DNA of 57,336 nt from Candidatus Omnitrophota bacterium (GTDB lineage Bacteria > Omnitrophota > Gorgyraeia > Gygaellales > Profunditerraquicolaceae): positions 1-57,336 of the forward strand of contig JAMWCL010000002.1 in the NCBI GenBank assembly GCA_023819035.1, read 5' to 3'. This document shows positions 15,917 through 24,329 of the stretch, in pieces. Under the pieces are notes generated by a model, which ran no database searches, was not told the DNA's origin, and saw only the letters and a list, made by a program, of their open reading frames with translations. The translations under genes were made by a program, and so were the position numbers. Numbering within the stretch: the first letter of the stretch is position 1; each line of letters starts with the position of its first letter.

Positions 15917-17317
15917 ATGAATAAAGATATAAAAGCATCTATTGGTTATGTGGTGGCGGTCCAGGGACCGGTAGTGGATGTAAAATTCCCTGATTCCGAG
16001 GATATGCCGGCGATTTTAGAGAATCTTAACACCCAGACTGTCGATAGGAAAAGGGTAGTCTTAGAGGTTGTCGAACATCTGCCCGGCAATATCGTGCGCT
16101 GTATTGCAATTAACTCCACCTTTAATCTTCAGCGCCATGCGGTGGTTACGCGTACCGGTGAACCCATCCAGATTCCTCCCGGAGATGCTCTTTATGGCCG
16201 GATTGTTAATTGTTGGGGAAGTCACATAGACCAAAAAGAAGAGATTGTCGCTACCGAGAAGATCCCCATTCGCAAGCCTAAGACCTCAAGTCGACTGATT
16301 TACACCCAGCAACGCGCAGGGGATAAATTTGAGATCCTTGAGACAGGGATTAAGATTATTGACCTGCTCTTTCCTTTAGTTAAAGGAAGCAAGAATGGTA
16401 TCTTAGGTGGTGCTGCCTTAGGAAAGAGTATCTTGACCTTAGAAATAATCCATAATATTGTAAGAAAACATCAGGGTGCCTGTGTCTTTACCGGAGCAGG
16501 AGAGCGTATTCGCGAAGGAAATGAGCTTTACTTTGAGCTTTCCCGTCGGGATATTTTATCCAAGACGGTTTTGATCTTCGGTCAGATGAATGAGCCACCC
16601 GGTGCACGTTTTGAGGTAGCAATGAGTGGGGTTACCTTAGCGGAGTCACTTCAGCAAAAAAATCAAGATGTGCTTTTGTTTGTGGATAATATCTTTCGTT
16701 TCTTACAGGCAGGGGCAGAGATTTCCAGTCTCTTAGGAAGGCTTCCTTCGGAAACCGGTTATCAACCCACCTTAATCTCGGAGGCAAGTGAGTTTCATGA
16801 GAGGATACGCTCCTCTAAAGAGACGGGTGGTTCGATTACCTCGATTGAGGCGGTTTATATCCCTGCGGATGACCTTACTGATCCAGCGGTAGTAACTATA
16901 TTTAGTTTTTTGGATTCCATTATGGTGCTTTCTCGACAGAGGGTGCAATTAGGGCTTTATCCGGCAATCGACCCTTTGCTCTCTTCAAGTGCTAATCTTG
17001 ACCCGGATATCGTAGGGGGGCGCCATTTTGAAGTAGCCCAGGAGGTTTTACATACCCTTCAGCGCTATGAAGAATTAAGAAGGATTGTTATGGTAATTGG
17101 TATCGATGAGCTTTCTGCGGGAGACCGTATCCTTTATGAACGTGCACGGAAATTACAGAATTTTTTAACCCAGCCCTTCTTTGTGGCAGAGGCATATACG
17201 GGTAAGATGGGTGAGTATGTAACCTTAGAACAGACCCTTTTGGGATGCGAAAAGATTATGGCAGGCCATCTGGATCGTCGACCCGAGGGCGAACTCTATA
17301 TGATTGGAGCAATATAA
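15917..17317 (+). CDS. atpD: F-type ATPase beta subunit (catalytic motifs intact)
   Basis: P-loop GGAALGKS, catalytic GAGERIREGNELY, GQMNEPPGAR, Walker B LLFVDNIFRFLQAG, YIPADDLTDPA. The DELSEED region is changed to DELSAGD. Confidence 0.92.
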   Translation: MNKDIKASIGYVVAVQGPVVDVKFPDSEDMPAILENLNTQTVDRKRVVLEVVEHLPGNIVRCIAINSTFNLQRHAVVTRTGEPIQIPPGDALYGRIVNCWGSHIDQKEEIVATEKIPIRKPKTSSRLIYTQQRAGDKFEILETGIKIIDLLFPLVKGSKNGILGGAALGKSILTLEIIHNIVRKHQGACVFTGAGERIREGNELYFELSRRDILSKTVLIFGQMNEPPGARFEVAMSGVTLAESLQQKNQDVLLFVDNIFRFLQAGAEISSLLGRLPSETGYQPTLISEASEFHERIRSSKETGGSITSIEAVYIPADDLTDPAVVTIFSFLDSIMVLSRQRVQLGLYPAIDPLLSSSANLDPDIVGGRHFEVAQEVLHTLQRYEELRRIVMVIGIDELSAGDRILYERARKLQNFLTQPFFVAEAYTGKMGEYVTLEQTLLGCEKIMAGHLDRRPEGELYMIGAI

Positions 17318-17328
17318 AGGAGAAAAAG

Positions 17329-17808
17329 ATGAAAGAAATGCCTAAACGTTTAGGTGAGATATTGCTGGAAAAAGGGCTGATTACCGAGGCACAGCTTTAC
17401 GATGCGTTAGCAGAGCAGAGTCTAAGTAATAAATTCTTAGGAACAATCTTAGTTACCAAAGGCTGGATTACCGAGCATCAACTTATGGAGGCACTTGCTG
17501 AACAGTTCAATATGCCTCTTGTAGAATTAAAGAAAGACCAGGTGAACATGGAGTTGTCTAATTTACTTTCCTCATCCCTGATCTTAGACCATAAGTGTTT
17601 CCCTATAGAGCAAACCCCGGATACCTTAACCGTGGCCATCGTTAATCCCCTGGATGCAGTAGCAATTAGTAAAATCGAACAAGAGGCAAAACCGCGCAAG
17701 ATAAAGCTGGTCTTGGTTACTGAGGAGAACCTAAAAGAGATCCTCTTAGATTATCGTCGGTATATCAGTCAGAGTATCCAACGGCTCTTAAGAAGAGATA
17801 AGAAATAA
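17329..17808 (+). CDS. Stand-alone MshEN (c-di-GMP-binding) + T2SSE_N domain protein
   Basis: ATG at 17329 lies 6 nt after AGGAG (17318-17322); the longer ORF from 17245 overlaps atpD. There are two tandem 24-aa MshEN motifs, RLGEILLEKGLITEAQLYDALAEQ and FLGTILVTKGWITEHQLMEALAEQ, followed by a GspE-N1-like domain (TLTVAIVNPLD). Confidence 0.8.
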   Translation: MKEMPKRLGEILLEKGLITEAQLYDALAEQSLSNKFLGTILVTKGWITEHQLMEALAEQFNMPLVELKKDQVNMELSNLLSSSLILDHKCFPIEQTPDTLTVAIVNPLDAVAISKIEQEAKPRKIKLVLVTEENLKEILLDYRRYISQSIQRLLRRDKK

Positions 17809-19925
17809 TGACTAAGTTCGATACCCTTCTTTATGAAACCCTAATTAATCAAGAAAGATTTAAAAAGGATACCTTACAGCCCTATCTTAAAGAAGCAGAA
17901 CAGATGAATCAACCCTTAGCGAGTGTGCTTATCAGACATAATCTTCTTCCTGAGGTAGAGATTCTGCATATTTTTAGTGAACAGCTTAAGATACCCTTTA
18001 TTGATCTTAAGAATATCTCTATAGAGAAATCAGTCATAGATAAGGTTCCGGTTAAGGTTGCTTTTTATTATAAATTTATTCCTTTACAGATTAAAGAACG
18101 CACCTTGATCATTGCTGTTTCTTTACCCTTAGATATTAAGGTTCAGGATGAGATTCGCACTCAATTAGGTTATGATATTGAGCTTGTGCTTGCTTCTTCC
18201 GCAGATATCCGCGATAGTTTAACTAAATACTATGGTCTTGCTCAGGAGACATTGGAAAAGATTATTGAACGGATCCCTTTTGCCGAAACAAGCAACCTCT
18301 CCTTAGAGAAGATTGAAGACATCGAAAGGTTGGCTGAGGATGCCTCGGTAATAAAATTAGTAAATCAAATAATCCTTGAAGCCTACAGAAAACGTGCTAC
18401 CGATATACACATCGAGCCCTATCGCCAAGGGGTGGTCATTCGTTATCGGATAGATGGGGTTCTTTATGATACTAATGTCCCTACAGAAATTAAAAATCTT
18501 CTTGGGGCGATTATCTCGCGCATAAAGATTATGTCTAATCTCAATATTGTAGAGCGCAGGCTCCCCCAAGATGGTCGGGCAGTGGTAAAGGTTCAGGAGC
18601 AGATTCTTGATTTAAGGATCTCAACCTTACCTACCCCTTTTGGAGAAAGTGTAGTAATTAGAATCCTTCCTACTCAGATGCTCTTTAGTTTGGAGAGGTT
18701 AGGTTTATCCAAGCAGGACTTACAGATATTGGAGAATCTGATTAAAAAACCTCATGGGATTATCTTTGTTACCGGGCCTACGGGAAGCGGAAAGACCACT
18801 ACCTTATATGCCTGTTTAGCCAAGATCAATACCAAGGAAAGAAAGATTATTACCATTGAAGACCCTATTGAATATGAGATGCCGGGGATTACCCAGATCC
18901 AGGTTAATCCCGAGATCGGCTTGGATTTTGCGCGTGGCCTGCGCAGTGCCCTACGACATGATCCTGATGTGATGATGGTCGGTGAGGCGCGGGATTTAGA
19001 GACTGCAGAGACCGCCATCCGCGTTGCCTTAACCGGGCATCTTGTATTTTCTACCCTGCATACCAATGATGCTAGCTCCGGGATTACGCGTTTATTAGAT
19101 ATTGGGATTGAACCATATTTGGTGGCTTCCAGTGTAGAGGCGTTTATTGCTCAGCGTTTGATCCGTTTGATTTGCCCAGAATGTAAATATGAAGACAAGG
19201 CAGCACCTCAAGAATTAAAGATAATGATTGCTAAGGACTTAGGGATTAAATCACTGGAAGAGGTAAGGATCTATCGGGGAAGGGGATGTCCAAATTGTAA
19301 CTTTACAGGATTCTTTGGTCGAACCGGGATATATGAGATACTTTTAGTGGATGAGACTATCAAGGATTCAATCTTAAAAAAGACCCCTTCCAACCAAATC
19401 AAAAAGAGCGCTATCTCCGAAGGGATGCATACCTTAAGACAGGATGGTTGGCAGAAGGTGATTGCGGGAATTACCCCTCCTGAAGAGGTAATGAAGGTTA
19501 CCCCCCAGGAGGAAGAGGTAGAAAAAGCCACCTCTGTCTATTATCCTGGAGTTTCTTCTGCAGGAAGGGAATTAGAGAAAAGGATTTATAAACGTCTGGA
19601 TAGCCGTATCCTTATAAGTTACCGTATCTTTAAGGCTCAAGAAGAATTAATTAAGCGGGGGGTCTCGTCTGAGCAGATCAGTATTACCAAGAATATCTCA
19701 GCAGGGGGATTGCTTTTTATCTCTCCCGAGGCATTACCTGTAGGGGAGGTGCTTGAGCTTAAGATAGAGCTTCCTGATGGAGAAAGCCCGGTCGATTGCT
19801 TAGCCAGGGTGGTAAGAACAGAGATGACCAGGGATGACAAATATGAGATCGGGGTCTGTTTCTTAGATATCACGGGCGCACAAAGGTCTAGGTTAGATAG
19901 ATATGTAGAGGCGGAGGTAAGATAA
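17808..19925 (+). CDS. gspE: GspE/PilB-family secretion ATPase with a C-terminal PilZ domain
   Basis: Walker A GPTGSGKTTT, DPDVMMVGEARD, His box TGHLVFSTLHTND, zinc motif CPECK...CPNC. The C-terminal ~116 aa carry PilZ motifs RIYKR (RxxxR) and NISAGG ((D/N)xSxxG). The start overlaps the previous stop by 1 nt. Confidence 0.9.
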   Translation: MTKFDTLLYETLINQERFKKDTLQPYLKEAEQMNQPLASVLIRHNLLPEVEILHIFSEQLKIPFIDLKNISIEKSVIDKVPVKVAFYYKFIPLQIKERTLIIAVSLPLDIKVQDEIRTQLGYDIELVLASSADIRDSLTKYYGLAQETLEKIIERIPFAETSNLSLEKIEDIERLAEDASVIKLVNQIILEAYRKRATDIHIEPYRQGVVIRYRIDGVLYDTNVPTEIKNLLGAIISRIKIMSNLNIVERRLPQDGRAVVKVQEQILDLRISTLPTPFGESVVIRILPTQMLFSLERLGLSKQDLQILENLIKKPHGIIFVTGPTGSGKTTTLYACLAKINTKERKIITIEDPIEYEMPGITQIQVNPEIGLDFARGLRSALRHDPDVMMVGEARDLETAETAIRVALTGHLVFSTLHTNDASSGITRLLDIGIEPYLVASSVEAFIAQRLIRLICPECKYEDKAAPQELKIMIAKDLGIKSLEEVRIYRGRGCPNCNFTGFFGRTGIYEILLVDETIKDSILKKTPSNQIKKSAISEGMHTLRQDGWQKVIAGITPPEEVMKVTPQEEEVEKATSVYYPGVSSAGRELEKRIYKRLDSRILISYRIFKAQEELIKRGVSSEQISITKNISAGGLLFISPEALPVGEVLELKIELPDGESPVDCLARVVRTEMTRDDKYEIGVCFLDITGAQRSRLDRYVEAEVR

Positions 19926-19928
19926 TTT

Positions 19929-21143
19929 ATGCCTATCTATAAGTATCGCGCAAAAAAAGATCCGCAACATACGGTGGAAGGAGAGATAGATGCATTAAAT
20001 GAGAATGAGGCAGTAGAGAAACTCAGTCAGATAGGTTATCTTCCCATAAGCCTTCATTTAGTCAAAGAAGGGCTTACTCCTAAGCCTGCTCCTTTTCGCT
20101 TATTGGGTAAGATAAAGCCCAGACAGATTACTGTTTTTACTCGACAGTTGGCCAGCCTCTTAAAAGCAGGTGTTCCTATCCTTACCAGTATCAATATCCT
20201 AAAGGAACAATCAGAGAGTATCCCTTTAAACAATCTTCTTAAACGGCTCCATGATCGACTTAATGAGGGAGCGACCTTTTCTGCTTCCTTAGAGGAATTC
20301 CCTCAGGTTTTCCCTTCTCTTTATGTGGCTATGATTCGTTCTGGAGAAGATAGCGGTACCCTCACTGAGGTTCTTTTAAAGATTGCTGATTATCGCACAA
20401 AACAAGAGGAGATTCTCCAGCGTTTGCGCACTGCTTTAGTTTATCCTCTCTTGATGGCAGTGGTCGGAATAGCCACCATTATCTTTATGCTTACCTTTGT
20501 GATGCCTCGTTTGATGAGTATATTTGCTAATCTGCAAGAAGAATTACCCTTACCGACTAAGCTCTTACTTTGGGTAAGTAAAACTCTTAAGGATTGGGGT
20601 CTTTGGTTAATCATTATCTTAGGGATGATTATCTTGATGCTTAGGCGTCAGGCGATGACTGAATCAGGTAGATTATCCTTAGCGCGCTGGCAATTAAGAA
20701 TTCCTATATTAGGAGGATTTATCCTGAAAAATGAGCTTGCCCGTTTTAGCCGAACATTGGAGCTTTTACTTAAAAATGGCCTGTCCATATTAAAGGCAAT
20801 TGAGGTAGCTATACCGGTTTTAAGGAATGCCCTGCTTAAGCAGGAGCTTCTAAAAAGCTCTAAGGATTTACAACAAGGTGGCTCCTTTGGCAGGAGCCTT
20901 AAGAATTCAGCTTTATTTCCTTCTTTTATGAGTAATCTTGTACTTGTGGGAGAGGAGTCAGGAGCACTGGCTGATTCCTTAGCTGAGGTTGCTCAGGCCT
21001 ATGAGGGCGACACCGAGGAGACAATAAGGATTTTTTTATCTTTACTTGAACCGTTGCTAATCCTGGGTATGGGTTTAATAGTGGGGTTTATTGTGATTGC
21101 CATGCTTTTGCCTATCTTTCAGATCAATGTGATGGCGCGGTAA
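19929..21143 (+). CDS. gspF: GspF/PilC-family inner-membrane platform protein
   Basis: 404 aa with two T2SSF-like repeats (FTRQLASLLKAGVPIL; FSRTLELLLKNGLSILKA) and three TM segments. It lies directly after gspE. Confidence 0.9.
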   Translation: MPIYKYRAKKDPQHTVEGEIDALNENEAVEKLSQIGYLPISLHLVKEGLTPKPAPFRLLGKIKPRQITVFTRQLASLLKAGVPILTSINILKEQSESIPLNNLLKRLHDRLNEGATFSASLEEFPQVFPSLYVAMIRSGEDSGTLTEVLLKIADYRTKQEEILQRLRTALVYPLLMAVVGIATIIFMLTFVMPRLMSIFANLQEELPLPTKLLLWVSKTLKDWGLWLIIILGMIILMLRRQAMTESGRLSLARWQLRIPILGGFILKNELARFSRTLELLLKNGLSILKAIEVAIPVLRNALLKQELLKSSKDLQQGGSFGRSLKNSALFPSFMSNLVLVGEESGALADSLAEVAQAYEGDTEETIRIFLSLLEPLLILGMGLIVGFIVIAMLLPIFQINVMAR

Positions 21144-21192
21144 AAATTATATAAAAAGGCTAAGTTTTTTCTTTATAAGACGCTTTATAGTT

Positions 21193-21582
21193 ATGTCCGA
21201 AAAAAAGAAAATCTTTATTGCTGATGATGATGAAACAGTCTTAACCAGTTTGAAAAGATTATTGGTTCTTGCTGGTTTTGAGGTGGAGACCGCGCAAAGA
21301 GCCAAGGAGGTAACCTCAAGAATTAAGGGCTTTAAACCCGACTTGATCATTCTGGATCTGTTGATGCCGAATTTAGGTGGACTGGAGATATGCGAGATGT
21401 TAAACCAGGATAAAGAGACTCAAAATATCCCGATTATTGTGGTCTCTGGATTAGCGGGTATCGAGGATATAAAAAAAGCTTATAGATTAGGTGTAATTAA
21501 TTACTTTACAAAACCTTACGATTTTGATAAGCTATTAAAAGAGATTAACAAAGCCATTATCTATAAAGAAAAAAAGATATAA
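21193..21582 (+). CDS. Single-domain response regulator (REC only)
   Basis: IFIADDDE, LIILDLLMPNLGG, VVSG, TKPYD. Confidence 0.88.
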   Translation: MSEKKKIFIADDDETVLTSLKRLLVLAGFEVETAQRAKEVTSRIKGFKPDLIILDLLMPNLGGLEICEMLNQDKETQNIPIIVVSGLAGIEDIKKAYRLGVINYFTKPYDFDKLLKEINKAIIYKEKKI

Positions 21583-21607
21583 CCTTAAACTAATATAAAT
21601 TAAATTT

Positions 21608-23521
21608 ATGATTTTTAAAAGTATAAAAGAGAGGATATTTTTCTTAAATTTTATCTTACTGATTGGGGTTATTTTATTCTTAGGGGTTAGCTCTTATTGG
21701 CTATTGAGAGAGTATCTTTTCCGGACAGAAAAGGACAGATTGCATCATATTAGTGATATTATAAATGAGAGTATTCAATATTATCTTTTAGAAAGGGCAA
21801 AGGCAATGGGTCTAATTATAAATAATATAGCTATAGATGAATATTTCCTGATGAGAAATAAGGATATCCTTTATGATTATTTTAACAGATTAAAACATGG
21901 TTTTCCCGTAATCGGGATTTTTAATATGAGGGGAAAGCAAGAGGTAAAATTAATAGAGGGTAGGTTATCGGAGGAAGAGGAGGATCTCTCTAATAACCCT
22001 TATTTTAAGCAGGCCTTAGAAAAGGTTAATCAGATAGTCATCGCTCCTCAGGTAGAACTTTCTTTAAGCTTAAAAGGAATCCCAACTATTAAATTGATGA
22101 TAACAAGAACCTCTTATTTTAGGGATAACCCTCTGGTGGTACTGGTAGCCGAGGTTTTACTTTCTGATATACATCAGCTTATTTATGAGCATATAAAGGA
22201 TAAGTCTTACTTTATAATTATAATTGATAAGGAAGGAAACCTTCTTGCCTGTCCTGAAAAGGATAGACTTTTAATTAAGCTTAACGGTGAAGGGAAGAAT
22301 TTTGAGGAATTATTATTTAATGCTACTAGTTTAAAGAGCGGTTTTACCAGGGCTTCTATTATGGGTATTGATGCACTGGTCAGTTATGTTCCGCTGAAAA
22401 ACCTGTCCTGGTCTGTTCTAGCTGGTTTATCTTATGCTGATTTTATGAAGGCTCCGAATACGCTTAAAAAAATAGTAGGAATAATCTTTCTCTGCGTATT
22501 TATTATCGCTGCCTTTGTCTTGACTAAATTAGCAGAATATATCTCCTTTCCATTAAAAAGAATTACCGCTTTAACTAGTGAAATCGCCAAGGGAGATTTT
22601 TCAAAACAGATAGATTTTAAATCGCAAGATGAGATAGGTAGACTAAGCGATTCTTTTAATTTAATGATTCAAAATTTACAAAAAACCTTGGTCTCGCGGG
22701 ATGAATTAAGCAAAGAGATAGAGGAACGCAAGGCAATTGAAGAAGAGCTGTTAAACTCCTTAGAACAACTCCAACAGACCCAGGAAGAACTCATCCAGAC
22801 CGCCAAGATGGCTTCTTTAGGCCAGCTTGCTGCTGGCCTTGCCCATGAGATAAACAATCCCTTAACCGGTGTCTTAAACAATGTGCAGTTATTGAAGATG
22901 GAGATGGAGGCAAAACCTGAAGGCATATCTTCTAGCGAACTTAAAGAGATCCTGGATATAATAGAAGAAGCAGCCATGCGCTGTAAGAAGATAACCCAGT
23001 CATTATTAGATTTTTCCCGTGCCTCCCGCCAGGATCAACAGCGGGTCTCAATGAATGAGGTGGTAGAACGGGTAGTTGACTTGGTCAGCCATGAGTTAAG
23101 ACTGCAGAATATCCTTATCCAGACCAACTTAGACCCACAACTTCCCCTACTCCAAGGCAACCCTCAGCTCCTTCAGCAGGTAGTGATGAATATTATCACT
23201 AATGCCCAGTGGGCAATCAAGAAGAAATCCGGTCCGCAAGGCGGAACCATCTCTATAAGAACAGAGCAGGACCTAAAAAACCAAAGAGTAAATGTTTTTA
23301 TCTCTGACACCGGTATTGGTATCTCAGATGAGACTAGACAGAGGATCTTTGAACCGTTCTTTACCACTAAGGAGGTAGGGGAGGGAACCGGTTTGGGTCT
23401 GGCGGTGGTCTACCGGATTATCCAGGATCACAAAGGCAGTATTGAGGTAGAAAGCAAATTAGGCGAAGGCACGACCTTTAAGCTCTCCCTGCCTATCTTT
23501 GAAGAAAAGAAAGAGATATGA
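21608..23521 (+). CDS. Membrane sensor histidine kinase (periplasmic Cache-like region, HAMP, HisKA, HATPase_c)
   Basis: Two TM segments flank a ~260-aa extracytoplasmic region. HAMP is [25 protein letters not shown], the H-box is LAHEINNPL, and the G boxes are DTGIGI and GTGLGL. Confidence 0.88.
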   Translation: MIFKSIKERIFFLNFILLIGVILFLGVSSYWLLREYLFRTEKDRLHHISDIINESIQYYLLERAKAMGLIINNIAIDEYFLMRNKDILYDYFNRLKHGFPVIGIFNMRGKQEVKLIEGRLSEEEEDLSNNPYFKQALEKVNQIVIAPQVELSLSLKGIPTIKLMITRTSYFRDNPLVVLVAEVLLSDIHQLIYEHIKDKSYFIIIIDKEGNLLACPEKDRLLIKLNGEGKNFEELLFNATSLKSGFTRASIMGIDALVSYVPLKNLSWSVLAGLSYADFMKAPNTLKKIVGIIFLCVFIIAAFVLTKLAEYISFPLKRITALTSEIAKGDFSKQIDFKSQDEIGRLSDSFNLMIQNLQKTLVSRDELSKEIEERKAIEEELLNSLEQLQQTQEELIQTAKMASLGQLAAGLAHEINNPLTGVLNNVQLLKMEMEAKPEGISSSELKEILDIIEEAAMRCKKITQSLLDFSRASRQDQQRVSMNEVVERVVDLVSHELRLQNILIQTNLDPQLPLLQGNPQLLQQVVMNIITNAQWAIKKKSGPQGGTISIRTEQDLKNQRVNVFISDTGIGISDETRQRIFEPFFTTKEVGEGTGLGLAVVYRIIQDHKGSIEVESKLGEGTTFKLSLPIFEEKKEI

Positions 23522-24261
23522 GTGATAAAAGAACCTTAAAGGTCTTGGTAGTAGATGATGAGAAGGTGGTCAGGGATTTTTTAGCTCGGCTCTTGAGGTT
23601 AGAAGGCATAGAGGTAAAGACTGCTAATGATGGGTTGGAAGCAATTGAGGCAGTGAAAGAAGAAAAGTTTGATTTGGTTTTTCTGGATATTCGCATGCCT
23701 AAGATGAACGGTCTGGAGGTTTTTACTGAACTTAAGAAGATTGATCTGGATTTAAGATGTATCTTTATGACCGGTTATGCCTTAGAGACATATCTATTTG
23801 ATAAATGTAAGTCACCCGGAATATTTTGTTTAAGAAAGCCCTTTGAGGATATCAATCAGATAAAGTCAGCAATTAATAAGGTCTTGCAGGAGAGTAAGGC
23901 GTCTGTTCTGACAAAGGAAGGCTTACCAGAAAGAAGAGTCTACCAGCGCTTAGAGGTGGCGCTGGAGGTGGATTATAGATTAAAAGAGAAAGAAGCACCC
24001 TTTATCCACTCTTTAAGTAAGGATATCTCCCCGGATGGAATAAGGATTATTACCCAGGGAGAACTTCCTCCTGGTTGTTTATTAGAACTTCTGATTAGGG
24101 TTCCTGGTTATAATGAGGCCTTTAAGGCAACCGGTAAGGTAATCTGGAATAAGGTTCTACAAGACAGACCCGGCTATTATTACGCAGGAATAGAATTTAC
24201 CGAGATAAACCTGGCTGAATTTACCGATTTTCTTTTGCGCTCAGGCAGGATTTCTGTTTAA
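23518..24261 (+). CDS. Response regulator with a C-terminal PilZ domain (REC-PilZ)
   Basis: REC motifs: VLVVDDE, LVFLDIRMPKMNG, RKPF. PilZ motifs: RVYQR (RxxxR) and DISPDG (DxSxxG). There is a 4-nt overlap with the upstream kinase. Confidence 0.82.
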   Translation: MSDKRTLKVLVVDDEKVVRDFLARLLRLEGIEVKTANDGLEAIEAVKEEKFDLVFLDIRMPKMNGLEVFTELKKIDLDLRCIFMTGYALETYLFDKCKSPGIFCLRKPFEDINQIKSAINKVLQESKASVLTKEGLPERRVYQRLEVALEVDYRLKEKEAPFIHSLSKDISPDGIRIITQGELPPGCLLELLIRVPGYNEAFKATGKVIWNKVLQDRPGYYYAGIEFTEINLAEFTDFLLRSGRISV

Positions 24262-24329
24262 TAGAATTGGTCACCGAATAACTACCTATAGATTTTTAAT
24301 CCACAAGAAGACGAAGCAGATCATAAATA

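Noticed and set aside
12433-17317. Reading the atp genes as the ordinary housekeeping ATP synthase
   Set aside because: This is not fully rejected. However, the missing a subunit, the carboxylate-free c subunit, the truncated epsilon, the b/delta fusion and the unusual gene order together make the ordinary reading unlikely. It remains the null hypothesis to test genome-wide.
17245-17328. Longer version of the MshEN ORF starting at 17245 inside atpD
   Set aside because: The extra 28 codons overlap the conserved atpD C terminus in another frame. The ATG at 17329 has an ideally spaced AGGAG and begins right at the MshEN motif.
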